Below are positions 28,901 through 42,060 of a stretch of DNA of 64,000 nucleotides, piece after piece. Location: positions 1 through 64,000 of the forward strand of contig JYFJ02000418.1 of NCBI GenBank assembly GCA_000934665.2. The letters run 5' to 3'. The notes beneath the pieces are model-generated. The model was given only the letters and a program-made list of their open reading frames with translations, did not search any database and was not told the DNA's origin. The first letter of the stretch is position 1; every line of letters begins with the position of its first letter. This stretch comes from Catajapyx aquilonaris (lineage: Eukaryota). A program made the position numbers and the translations under genes.

Positions 28901-31900
28901 GCCTTTATCTGGATGAGAATTACGATGCTTTTCCGTGTTGGCACGCATAATAAACGCCTGTACTTTGTGGGTCATGACTGTCCCCCTCAAGTCACGTTAG
29001 CAAACAATCTTCAACAAGGTGCTTCTGTTTGCTCAGACCGAGTAATAGGCCGCAGCTCGGCATGTTTGGCCACCTTTGGACAACACGATAAGAGACCTGG
29101 CCGTGAGCAGAGCAAATCAGCCCAGTCGGCAATCCCGTGTGATTGCTTATGCCAGGGACCGCCTAATCTCAATGCCCAACGCTTGTGTGCCCAGAACAAC
29201 CCAATTCATTAATGACGCCCTGACTCATGCCTTTAGAAGGCCCTCTCTATCGTTTACGCATTAGGTTAGCATTTTCTTCGCATTTCTGATGATTGGCTAT
29301 CGACCCGTCTCGTCCAATCAATAAGAAGCGTGCCTTCAAGGTGCACTAACCCACACTTTAATACCGGAAGACGTTATGGGTTGTTCACACCAACAACTAT
29401 AGTTTGTTGGGATGAGTGGAGCAAACCTGGGCTGGCTAGGTATAGCTAGGCCTAGTTCCACGTGGTCAAGCTAGGCCTAGCCAGGCCTTGCTCAACATGG
29501 TTCTGCCAGACATACAGACAGGAAAGGTGGGTCAAAAATCTCATAATTTCTGTACGTAGTAGCGTTCAGGAGGCATCGCCCAACTAGTTGCGAATCATTA
29601 CGGCTCATTACGATGCCCAAGAGAACCATGCGGCTCCAGTACAGGAGCTGAGAGAATGGAATACAAGTGCCTCTTGGGTGCGGTTCGGTTTGTTTTCGAG
29701 TGCGGGAGAAGGGAGAGAGACTCTGCGAGACGGAGGAAATTGCGGGCTGCAGCTGCAAAGCATCTAAACTGAGAATTGTTGCAACCGCAATAAAACCGGG
29801 GCCTAGTCAACTCCCGGATTGCGACTCAATCTATCCTCAGCCAGGCTCTGTTACTACTACACTAGGGGTATAGGATTACAATTACAGGCGGCGGCAGGAG
29901 CCAGCAAACTTTGGGCAGAGAGAGAGACAAGTCTGCCAATAGCAAGTGACATGCTATCTCTGCCATGCTTCTGAAGGATTACACTCAGCCGAGGTCAGAG
30001 TTGGCCATTGTTCAAAGATAAGTTGGCCCGAGCTAAATCTGGTTGTAAGGAAGCTGCAATTACATCTGGCCAAAATCGGGGTGTGAATAGATGGGGGGCA
30101 GCCAGGCAGAGCCCTCTGGTGTATGCATCGGGGAGAAACAGGAAGGACGTGAGTTGGTTATTGAGTGGCGGAGTTGCCTATAAAGTAGTCCTTCAGACAA
30201 GTCTTTTGTGGACGACTCCAGATCGTTCCAGTTGATATCGTCGCCTCCCTTGCGACCTGCTTCCTTCAACCATGAAGAAAACAGCATTGATGGATGGCTA
30301 TAAAAGATCACGCCAGAGGCCTCTGGGGACAGGTGGCAGTCTGTGATAGTGTCCGGGTTGTTATGAAACTACAGCAGCCTCTCCTACAATTTTTTTTATA
30401 AACCTGCAGTGATATCCCCTAATACCATCCTTCGGGACTCAGCGGCAGATACATCACTCTAGTAATTAAACGTCCCCTCGCGGAAGATCCTAACAAGGAC
30501 GGAACACAGCCTGTGATGCAACGACTAATGCGGTCTAATGGCATGTTGTCACAATGTATTGTTCATCAAATTATTCAATATACGTAACTGGATTAAATAA
30601 GCGCGCTACGTAGCATGCCAGGTACTAAGTTGTGTGCATAACTATAAAGTCCTAAAACCAGTTTCTACAACAAACACTCGCTGACATTACTGAAGCAATT
30701 GTGCTGCCTCACCTTGTAATGTGTGGTTAAAATGAATACTGTAACGCTGCATTTTAATACTCCTATAGAGGTAATCAGCAATAAAATAATTGCACTTTAG
30801 GACTTGGGATTTCCTTTAACAAGTGTGCATGAGAGACGTTGAAATGTTCGACCCAAACGGAACTCATCCTGTAACATAGCTATTTGTATCTGACACTTTG
30901 ATACAGAAGTGTTTGCCAATGCCAAACACTGACTCGCTGTGCTCGCGTTGTGTGTTAGTGGCAGGTAAACGTCCACCGGTTGCATGAGTAGACTCTGTCT
31001 CAAAAATGTAACAGGTTATCTATTTTATATCACTGCATTGGTTAATACGAATGCAGGCGGTAACACTGTACTACTTTCTTCAAAGTAATTCACATATAGC
31101 TGTATAGTGTACATCGAGGTGTACATTTTAAAATCGGAAACATTCACTCTATTTTTCAATATGCCTTATGGCTAAATTTTTACAATTCGGTTCATGAAGA
31201 ACCTGATAATTTGGAATTAAAGTTTCCCTCTACAAAAAATGTACACTATTTCTATTAATATGAATTGCTGTTACAATTTTATTAAATTCCGGTATCAGTG
31301 ATGCAGCTGAACCACCAGGTGCTAGTGTAAACTGAACTCAGGTCATTATACATACACACACAATATCAGAAGTGTCCTCCTAGCTGTTCGTGGATTCGAG
31401 CAAAAGGAAGCTCCTGTTTCCTGCCTCCTTGCAGAGTTCATAATACGCGATACTTGGTTTCCACTAAAGAGAGGAGACACATCCGCTACAAATTGTGTCA
31501 CCCACCACAAAATCCCGCCGACAAACACTGAATACACAATAACGACAAACTCTGTTTATCAGCACCACATCCAATTTCCTTCTACCCCCTGTCATTCAAT
31601 CCTCCACAGGCAGAGAACAACAGTGACATTTTGAGCGCCTTCCATCCCAGGGCTAATTTCTGTCGACACCGCCTTTCAATTCAGAGTGACTGTCGCGCTG
31701 TCGTTACTGTTCCCATGCATTATTTACACATTGTGATCACCAATAATTGTCGCTATAATTTTTGTCCATAAAAAGCAAATTTGTCAACACCACAGTCATA
31801 AGGATGAGGAGAAACCTTCCACCCAGCACTCAGCAGGCGCCTAAAAATTATTATTCTGGAGACCAACAAAAGCGAAGTGTGTTTAATCAAGATAGAGGCG

Positions 31901-34900
31901 TGAGAGATCAGTTTGGATCGATGCCTTTTCGAAGCTCTCCAGGAAAACATCTCAATTTGTGTGGTTGTAAGCCGTTTGAAGTCATCTGACAAATGCCCTT
32001 TTCGATCCACAACGACGCCTTCATACCATGCAGCTTTGAACCCACTGATTGGAGTCATCCATAAAGTTTAAGGATCACAAGACATGCGTGTAAATAATTT
32101 ACCGTTTTATACAAAACGTATAATTATTAATAGTGTAGAAACTTTCCAGCTAGTTCCTAGATTTTTTTTTGTCGGAGGCAATGTTCGCAAATCTTTTATT
32201 AGACCCGAACCCCATCCGCAGTACATCCAACTTAATGCAGTTTTCATGTCCCGCCGAAATGTATCAAATAACACCGCCCACAATCATTCCGGGCGCAATC
32301 TTTACATCAACAACGCCATATAACAATCTAGCAAGGCACTTGCATCGAGACATTTCCTGGAGAACTTCCAGCTTCCAACATCCGCATCCCGACATTTTAT
32401 TTTATTTTTTTCACAGAACGAATCGGGTGTATATATGGGTTTGAGCTACTCCACGGATGGAAAACTTTAACCGATAACTCCAGCACCAGAAGGATCACCA
32501 ATATTCCGATTCCTACTCTGAAATTTAAGGGTCACGGTGGGGTGCACAAATCTCGGGACCCGTAACGAACTCTCAGGGGTCACAAACATGGAAACGGGAT
32601 AGACGGTTCCGGAAATAAGGATGGAGGCGTGCTGTCCAGTTCACCGAGCACGTTTTTTGCATTTTTTTTAAAGAAGTATGTGAGGAAAATTCCATGGGTA
32701 GACTCGACAGGGTGGCGCAGTTTATGATGAAAGTAAGGCTTCATTTTCTGGGTCGTTGTCGTTGGCACGCAAATGAGATGAGCTCTCCAAAGATTCGGCA
32801 GCCACCCCCACAGGCTGGGATTAAGGATTCGAGAGTTCATCAACTGGGTCATCAAGACCAACTTTCTTAGGACCTTCATACCATCATGCCATGCAATGCC
32901 ACCCTAATTTCTTCCGGGGAGGGCCTCCGGTTCTAACACTGAACCGGTCTTAGAAGGTGGTGGTGGTGGAAAGAAAAAAAAAATCGAATCCAAGAACCCG
33001 TAACCCCTATTAGCGCCCTTCTCTTTGGGAGATTGGCAGGAGATTCCCAATTCCTTTTATTATTAGGATTTGGGTCCGGAGGCTCCTGAGAAGGTGGGGG
33101 GTTCTTAGCCAATTCCCTCGAGAGTGGAGCTGAGTCTTGGTTAGGGAGCGGAGCAAATTGATTTGCGGAGGCTAAGCCTGGACATTAAAGACTGCAGCGA
33201 GATTGCGAAGGAGGTTCGCAAGTTGGATGGGGGCTGGATGCCAAGGACACCCCGTGGCTCCTAGGAGAGTAAGGAACAGATTCCGTGAAGGGGTATAGTT
33301 AGAAAGGTCCTGTGAAATGTGGCTTAGCGAGAAAACTTTCGCTCAGGCCAATCAGGTTGCCTCAATCCAGTGGTCGACTCTTCTCAATTCTCGATTCTTT
33401 GCTCCGTTAATTGTATTGAGTCGGAATGGCTGTTGTGGTGCTGGTCCTAACCTTATTTGCAGAGTTGCCTCCGCAGGGACTAGGCTTTTAAAAAAAGAAA
33501 GAAACAAAGGGCCTTTGTTATACACGGGTACTGATTGGCCTTAGGGATGGTTGCAAGATAGCTTTTGATACCAGACGGTGTGGCAGAGTTTTAGTGGATG
33601 ACAGTATTATTTCGGTGGCGTGCACGTCATAACGGAAGATATTGCCAAGAGTACACTAATAATGCCCTATTGTGTGAATGGCATATGGCTTGAGGCATTG
33701 AAAGTTTCGTAGGCGTTGTAATCTAACTCGTTGTACAAAATATCGCTCGGTTTTGAGACAACTTTTGACGAAATCCTATTAATATCAAAGGGGCTTTCAG
33801 GTAGCACAATGGAGCACCAGAATCCCTCTAAATTAAAACCATTACGTAATGAACGCAGACCAATAACATAAAAGTTGCATTGTCCGTAATCACACCAGGT
33901 AAATTCCTTGCAAGGAGATGAAAGCATGCTCTTGGCTCATGAACAAATGTACGCTCCAGACAGATCAACACGCGAGAAACTCAACGGACATCTGAGTGAA
34001 ACCCACCAAGCCCAAGATAACCGCGTCCGGGCATCGATCAGGCCTCTCCAGAATTAATCTCCAACCCCATGTACCACGCACTCTGCAAATTGCATAAATT
34101 TCGCTCCAATGCACAAAAAGGCTAATTTCCTGCCGCATTTTGCACTGATCTCAAAGAATTGCTTGGGACGAGACACACACAATTACTGCTCCTTTTCTGC
34201 TACTTTCTAATAAAAAAAAGAACCATCAGAGTCCTCCCCATTAAAACTCCGCGGAACGAGAGGAAATGGACGCAGTAAATAGGAATGGAAGCCTAATGAA
34301 TTTGCATGCTCCATTCTCTCTAATACCGTCTGTCAGAAGATATGGAGATTAAAAGGAAGTTAATTATTACCCAGCTTCACTTCACAACTTGCAGAGCTGG
34401 GAGGCTGTTATGCGAAGCTATAGAGGAATAGCGTAGGAGGCAATAAATATAAACACCTTTCATGCGCAGAATATGCTGCTTTAAAATTTTATTATCAGTG
34501 TATTAAATTTTCGGCATAAATTTACCCGCTTACATGAACCGCCGCTTCCTTTTTTGGTGGGGTTTGTTTACGGCCTTTTAATTTTTAATGACGCAGCCTA
34601 TATGTTGGATAAATATTTGTATAACGAGGCTGTGCGAGTAATTTCTTTCGTACCGAGTCTTCCACATGGCTTATTTTTTAATGGTCGGTGATTATGACAA
34701 ACTCGTAAACCATTTATGTATAAAAATATTAACCAACATAGACCGCTGAACACCTACATCACGCATCTTGTCAAATCAGAACTAATCACAATATTATTAT
34801 ATTGTATGTGGTAGAAAACTCCGTATGAAAAACGCTGCAGTAATTATGAAATAAAACATTAATTCTGCAAAAAAGAACAGTGGTGTTTTGACAAATTCTA

Positions 34901-37900
34901 TTTCACACATTCATTAGTATTTAATGTTGGTTGCATTGTTCTGATCAGATATATCCGCTAGAGGAAATCACTGATATTTTATTTGCCATTGCCTTTTTCA
35001 CCTGCAATGTTATTTCCGTAGAAATAAACTCAAAACCTATTACTTCTAGGGATTAAATAATCGGAATGCTGTACCTGGCTTTAACTAGGATTATTCAATT
35101 AACCTCATCTCATTTGCAGTAAGGAGAGCCCTCTCAGTAATCGAACCTCTTCCCTAAATATTGTACAAGTCGCCTTACACAGGCTCCTTCGCAAGTTTAA
35201 AACATTATTGCGGCTTAAACATGAACGCATCTTCCCTAGACTCCCGGCAAAAAAAAGTCACCTTAAAACTTCCGTATCTGCAATTTAATGAGCTCCCCCC
35301 ATCTCGTTACGAGCAGACCAAATAAGGGTGGAAAAAAATGCAGCTCGTTTGAGTAATAAAGGGAGAATGATCTCCGCGAGGAGAATATGAGAAAGCCATA
35401 TCCTTGCTTACGAGGAGCCTGGGCGCAACGACTCTACTGCTATACCCAGTGTGCCAGAAGCACCCTCGGTTCTCTCTACTTCTCCCCCCAAATTCCTGAT
35501 AATTAGGACCCCACCCTTCTCTGTACATGCCGTCTTGATGCACTTCCTGGGCTCCCATCAGCCCCCTCCCCGAGAGCGCATGGTCACAAATTGCATGCCA
35601 GGTAATGAGGCGTCTCAGGAGTGCCCCGGGTGTATATAGTTTTCATTACCGCACTTTCATTGCAGACACCGTGTCCTCTGTACTGTAATCGCCCCAACGG
35701 CATGAAGGGTCATGAGGCATGAAAATTGGATATGGGGAAAAAGGACTGACCCTGTTCCCTTCAGTTTGTTTGGAAATTTCCTGTGACTGTCCGGCCACTT
35801 CGTGAAATATTCAGGAGGATTATGAGGCACTTATAAAGTATTCATATAGCTAAAATTCCGTGTGATCCAATTTTACCGGATGTTGCACTGGCTAGGTGAC
35901 CGTACACCTTCGTTGTTATTTATGTCTAAGTAATGAAACAGCCTGACACTATTGTTACACTCGGGACAGCAAACAAAATGCCCAATTTATGAGAGGACAC
36001 ATACAGTACCGCAGAGTGTGCGGTTTTTACTGCAATGGCAATTCACATGCTTTTAGCTTAACTGGTTTGGAATATTATCTAACCGATGTCCACTAACTGT
36101 AAAAAAAAATCAGTTTTCCCTAGACATTTTTACTGTAGGATTAACTAATCCACTTCCGTTCACTTTACAACGAACAAATAATTCAGATTCATAAAATGTA
36201 CATACTATGCAACAGCATTTTTGATCATATGTTTGCTTCAGCTCGTCCCTTCCTACAAAAAAAACCGATTAACAAACACCATAGAGATCACGCGTCCTCG
36301 TCACATAAAGGTCAACCTTGACTGCGAATTAAAACACGTTTGTGGTCGAACCCTCTGCGGACTGCCTGGACTCTTCCTCGTAAAGTGTTGGAGGTAAATG
36401 GTCCATAGTTAACAGCACCCACACTCATGATTCGGTATCACCAGCACCAGACCTCAGTGTCACTATACGCCTCTTTTTTACACGATCTCCCTATGGGAAA
36501 GCACAACTTACAAAGTCAACATTTGGATTTTTTGGCGATTTGTTTAGGTTAGAGGGTGAGATTGCTGGGAAATAAAAATGGGGTCAAGATTCTTGTTGGT
36601 TCAATATGTACGCCATTTTTCATACCGAGTGACGATAGGCGGTACTTCATGCTTATTTATTTATTCTAATAAGGCAGCGAGAGCAGTGCCAACCAAAATA
36701 TTTCCGTGCTCTTAGAACCGCAGTATTGCAAAAATCAAGCCGGATCTATCGAGTTTTCATACTCAACAGCTTGTACTGCAGAATCTGTCATATAGGTCTT
36801 ATTAAAAATTCTAGCTCGCTTGTAATATGGCGCACTATGGCAATGTTATATCCTTTTTGTTCATCTTTCACACACAAAAAGGCAACAAACTTCATGATGA
36901 ATATGCGGCTCGCCTGCTCTCATCCTCAGTGTATATTTTTGTCTAAATATGAAGCCTTTTTTTCCATCATTTTTCGCAAAAAGTTTACGTCGCAATATTT
37001 CATCTCCACAAGCTCATTAATAAGCCAACCAACCTGCCTCTAAACAAAAGTGACACCCTTATAAATACGTTCCTAATAAACGGTGAAAAATTCTTACCGC
37101 TGAACCGGATTAGATTCATTATGCTCCCGGACCCATTCAAGTCGCCCAAGAATTATACGCCAATTGCCTACTTTATCCCCCACTATAACAAACGGTACGG
37201 CCGGGTGATATAACTCACGCTTTTTTTTTTCCTGCGGACGACGAACGACCTTTTTCCTGCGGAAATCTTCATATTTGCCCTGGAGCTGGAGCCGTGCCGA
37301 AATGAGAATCCGAAAAGATGCGACCCGTACAAAAAAAAAGGCTTCTTAAAAAAAAGAGTCTGGTTCCTCCAAAGAGGAAACGGAACCCAAAAGAAGCCAA
37401 GTTGAATGTGCTGAAGTCATTTGACCTCACTGACCCCCTCATGAAGCGCACAAGAATTGACCATTTCCCGATAAAGGGTATAATGAAATTGTTTCATTCC
37501 AGCTCCGAAATTAGTCTCCTTTTAATTGCTGCTCCGGAAATTACTGCGGATCCTCTTATTTAAATGGTTCTTTAAATATTCCTCGTGATTACCAAGGGGG
37601 AGGATGTTACAAGGTGTAAATAATTTACGGCCCTGTTTGGGGTGATAATTTGAGCGGCTTGGGTTTTGCTAGCAGTGTGGTTCTGGCCAGCTTGAAAATT
37701 TTAGTGTCGGAGGCGTAAAGGATTACTAGTTGCGGTCGAATTTGCGAACCTAAACTTGTGTTATGGGGTTCCTAAACCTGTAGTGTATCCACGGTCCTAA
37801 TGATTCGCAAAAATTATATCGATTTTTTTTTAAATCGGTATGTTGTGATCGGTCACTAAAGCAAATATTTGCCTCTTTTGTACAGCAGGCTACACAATAC

Positions 37901-39958
37901 TGAAAAAATAGCTTGAAACAGGGGGTCGAATTAAACGACAATTGGACCGTTGACAATAACCTTGCATAACACAGCATTCAGGAAGTGTGGCTTGATTAGT
38001 ACGTGTCACGAAGGGCCTAACAGGTAGGTATACAGAAGCAAGTCCGGGGCATCAGAGGTACAGGGGGACTATATGGTACCGAGAGAGCGGCCCTCATGTC
38101 CACAGCCGTCAAAGAGAAGTTAATTGACCGTTGGATTGTCACTAATGAGCTCGGCGGCATTCGGCTCACGCCTGGCTTGCCCCACTATGGCCCGGACCCG
38201 CCCTTCAAAAGTGTCTCCCGCACATGTTCCGGTGAGGCCAACATTCCAGAAGTCATGGAGTCACTTTTTTGTGAAGGGGGGGAGATACATAGTTGAGTTT
38301 ATTAATTGGGCAGATATTACCTGTTAACACGATTAATCATTCGGGCGTTCCAGTGCCAAACTTATAGTACAAGGCGAGACAGTTTGTTAGCAAACAATCG
38401 CGACATGACGCTGCTGGTTAAGAGTTCGCTATAATATGCCTGCGTGCTAAAGTGATGATAACAACGACAAAAATGTTCCTGAGTTGAGACACAAGCGGTC
38501 AAAATTGTCAAAATGGCACAGAAGGCCCAATTAACTGAAAATGTACATAATTTTAAAAGATTTCCTTATAAACCCATTAATTTTCATGCTTCACATGTGA
38601 TAATAATAGTCTAATGACACTGTGTAGTGAAGGAGAGAGAAAATCCCGCTAACAAGAAGAGCACTTGCAAAATAAGCTTATTGGCACAACTTTTTAATTG
38701 GGTTTGTGCCGTGATTGGGTGTTCCAGATCCGGTATAACAAGTGACTTTACATGCTGTATAAACTTGTCCTGTAATTGAGACGTAATGAGCTTTAGCCCG
38801 TGCATGATTTGCGACCTGACTGTTATGATGATCATCAGCATTACATCAACGTCAACACATAGCAATTAGTAATTTTTCTTACTCTTTGCGGTGCAACTTC
38901 ACTTGACCCCACACAATGTTAGTCTAACTTTCGTTAATTAGAACGACCGTTATACTACTATAAACTTGTATCCTCACACAACCTATTGTAAAGCTTAGGA
39001 CGAGTTGTGCTACAGATTTACAACAGTGTTAGTACATCGTCAGCTCATGTCGCTCTGAAAGTTGGTACTGAAATTACGTGATTAGCATTCTACTTCCGTA
39101 CTGTAACTTCCCGTTAATTTCCGACAAGTATCACCACAACCCATAGAGACTATGCGCTTGAATATAAAAATGAATGAAGCGACACTTTTGATGCCATCAT
39201 ATTCATAAAGCAAAGGCCCCAGTTAATAAACAGCTAAGCTCTCAAATGCAACGGTTTAAAAAAAATGACATCACAATATACAGTATTATACTTGCCATAA
39301 TTAATCCATAACCACAGACCTACAATGTAATGCTTTGGTTTTTTAAAATTTTTTGGCCTTTCTGTAGTATTCATTAACTTGTGGTGGATCAACCAACATG
39401 AAATGAGGCCTCTCTAAAGGGCACAAAAATCTTTCACGTGTTTCAAAATTCCCACCATGCTAATAAGATTAATTTGTCGATTAATGTGGGGTCCAGCGTT
39501 TGGCTTTAAATTATGCCGTACAGTCTCATTAAAATTGCGGGCCACGATTAGCACTTTGACGTGAAAAATATAACCCATAAAGCCTTGTCAGTGTAATAAC
39601 TTCCCCGATCCTAACTGTGATAATTCCGGAAATTTGAGAGAAGTCCTTGAAAGCTACGATTAAACATGTTTATGGACGAGACGGTGCCCACATATATTCA
39701 TGGAGTGTTATTCAAATGTGTACAGTGGGAATAATACCAGGCTTATTCAATGAACGTTGCTTCACTGTTAATGATTCCTCGTCAACTGTTTGCGTCAGGG
39801 GTGCTGTACCCTGCATATTACACTGTGATGCATCTTTCAACACCTTTTCAATTTTACCGTGTGGCGAAAGAGCTTTGAAGCTTAGCTGTCAACACAAAGT
39901 GGATATGTGAATAGGCCATATATGTAAGAAATTAATCGACAGAGTGGTTCAGTATATT

Positions 39959-40542
39959 TAAAAAAGTTACACAATCTTGTCACATATCCTGAATTCAAAT
40001 GGATCGGAATTTTAATCGTGTAAATATACGACAGCAAAAAGTGTTAATCTCTAAGGACATATTGAGTGTCAAGTTTCATATTTTTGCAGGCAATTTGTAC
40101 GTAACTCTATGCGAGTTGCGAAGTCTCTAAGGCGACCACTAGGAGGCAGGCAGATCCGGAGAGTGAATTCAATGCAAGGAAACAAGAGGTCGATTTCCAC
40201 GCCGACAGCGGACATTACCGGAATCTCCTGCTCCAGTGCGTGGTATACAATATCTAAATTATTTTTATAGCATGATAAAATAATTATATTAGTTATCCCA
40301 CACGCAATTCAATGTACGCTCGTAAATAAAACACTCCCAAACTAATGAAATCAAATGCAATAAAACCGTATTAAAATTCGCAAGTCGCATAGAGATACGT
40401 ACAAATTGCCTGCAAAAATATGAAACTTGACACTCAATATATGTCCTTAGAGATTAACACTTTTAGCTGTCGTATATTTATACGATTAAAATTCCGATCC
40501 ATTTGAATTCAGGATGTGCGACTAGAATGTGTAACTTTTTTA
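39959..40542. mobile_element. Foldback/MITE-like element with ~164-bp inverted arms around a ~254-bp spacer
   Basis: 39959-40122 is the reverse complement of 40377-40542; hand alignment gives 8 substitutions and one 2-nt indel. No coding capacity. The alignable arms end in TA, but the true outer termini are uncertain. Confidence 0.8.
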
Positions 40543-40748
40543 CGAGCTTTTTTAACTATTTCCGTATCTTCTGTCACTCTTCCTCCTTTCTGTATATATA
40601 TAGGCCTACATTTTCTCACAGCACGTTCATTGTTGATCTGACTCTGTTCCACTCAAACGACAAATTACTAGACTTTGCAGACAATATTAGGCAGGACAGG
40701 ACAGCCAATGTCATAGTGAAATTACGTACCAATGTGTGTGTGTGTGTA

Positions 40749-40860
40749 GAAATGCTGCAGACGCCCTTTTCCACTCTTCCTTACAACTGGTGGAGTAATA
40801 TGCGAAGAAAGCATGAGAAATATCGGGAAGGGTAAAAATTTTTAAAACCTGAAAATAACT
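40749..40860 (+). repeat. Diverged additional copy of the arm of the 41255-41540 MITE family
   Basis: GAAATGCTGCAGA..TACAACTGGTGGAGTAAT..AAAGCATGA..AAAATTTTTAAAACCTGAAAATAA aligns with the reverse complement of ~41425-41540; weaker remnants near 41025-41070 and 41150-41195. Confidence 0.7.
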
Positions 40861-41254
40861 TATTTGAACTCGATTAAAACGGAAATCACCTGCCACCGTA
40901 ATTAATTAATTTTTTTACTAATTATTAGAGTTCATTTTATTTCCTTGTGTTGCTTACAAGCGGAGAGGGCGAATCGTAGCCCTACGACTGCACTAAAATT
41001 GCACCTTTCATACGCAAATTAATGTAACTACAACACTGCTGGAGGAATGGAAGCTATAATACAATTTTAAAAAAAATAATAAATTAAAATGTAGTATTTC
41101 CTTGAGTATTTCCTATCTTTGACCTCTCTTCCTCCTTCACATGCACATTTTCTTGGATTTCTCAGGCTTAGTATAAGTACCACTCCAACAACAAAATTAA
41201 TTTAACTTATTTAATACCTGCACATATTTTGCAATAAATGGGCAACAATGTGTG

Positions 41255-41540
41255 GGGGAAATGCCACAGACGACAAGTTCCATTGTTCTTTATAACTAGT
41301 GGAGTAATACATGTTAGGCTTAATGAGAAATACTAGATAGGTGCAGAAGATTTTTAAACCTGATTAAACAAACCCTAAATTAAAACTAATTACGTCAAAA
41401 TAAAGTTTTAATTAGGCTAAATTAGTAATTATTTGAGGTTTAAAAATTTTCTACTTTCCCAGAATTTATCATGCTTTTCTACCTGTATTACTCCACCAGT
41501 TGTAGCAAAGGGAGGAACACGGAATCTGTGGCATTTCCCC
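41255..41540. mobile_element. Short MITE (~286 bp) with perfect 16-bp terminal inverted repeats and diverged ~110-bp inverted arms
   Basis: GGGGAAATGCCACAGA (41255-41270) and TCTGTGGCATTTCCCC (41525-41540); internal inverted similarity (TAACTAGTGGAGTAATAC vs GTATTACTCCACCAGTTG; ATTTTTAAACCT vs AGGTTTAAAAAT). Confidence 0.7.
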
Positions 41541-41733
41541 ACTCATAACATCCGGATATCTATAATTGCAGTAATTCATAGAGCGACCCAGGGGTTGGGA
41601 ACAGGATAAAATAATATTTCGTTCATTGGGTCGTACTCATTGTTTATGCAATGAATGTACATTTTTGGGCCCTTTGGGTATGCATTAGACTACTACAATA
41701 ATTATATGAATATAAAATAATATAGCAAAGCCT

Positions 41734-42060
41734 TTTTTTTTTCCTGTACCCCATTCTCGGACCTTGGGCCCTTATTAGGGGAGTGGAATACCACTATTTT
41801 TGGGAACCATATAATATATATATGTTAACTGTTCCAAGGGTAAGTATAGGAGGGGATGTGCAAAGTGCAAGTGCACTGTCGTTAATTGGTCATTTTGTGA
41901 ACTCCCCCGGGTGGCTTAGTCTATCGGAAATTGCCACCCGAAACGAAGCCAGAGATGGCCCAACTCTGCACAAAAGAAGGTGGGAACCCCGGGTGGGGAT
42001 TGAACCCGGGACCTTAACTTCCGTGGGCGCGCGCGTTACCGCGGCGCCACCCCGTCTCCC
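41734..42060 (-). mobile_element. Full-length tRNA-derived SINE (~327 bp) with poly(A) tail and target-site duplication
   Basis: Minus-strand head GGGAGACGGGGTGGCGCCGCGGTAA (A-box-like) ... GGGTTCAATCCC (B box); A10 tail (T run 41733-41742 on +); identical flanks TAGCAAAGCCT at 41723-41733 and 42061-42071. Confidence 0.88.

Noticed and set aside
41981..42060. tRNA gene
   Set aside because: T-arm and acceptor stems pair poorly; the sequence continues into a body with a poly(A) tail and TSD, so it is a SINE head
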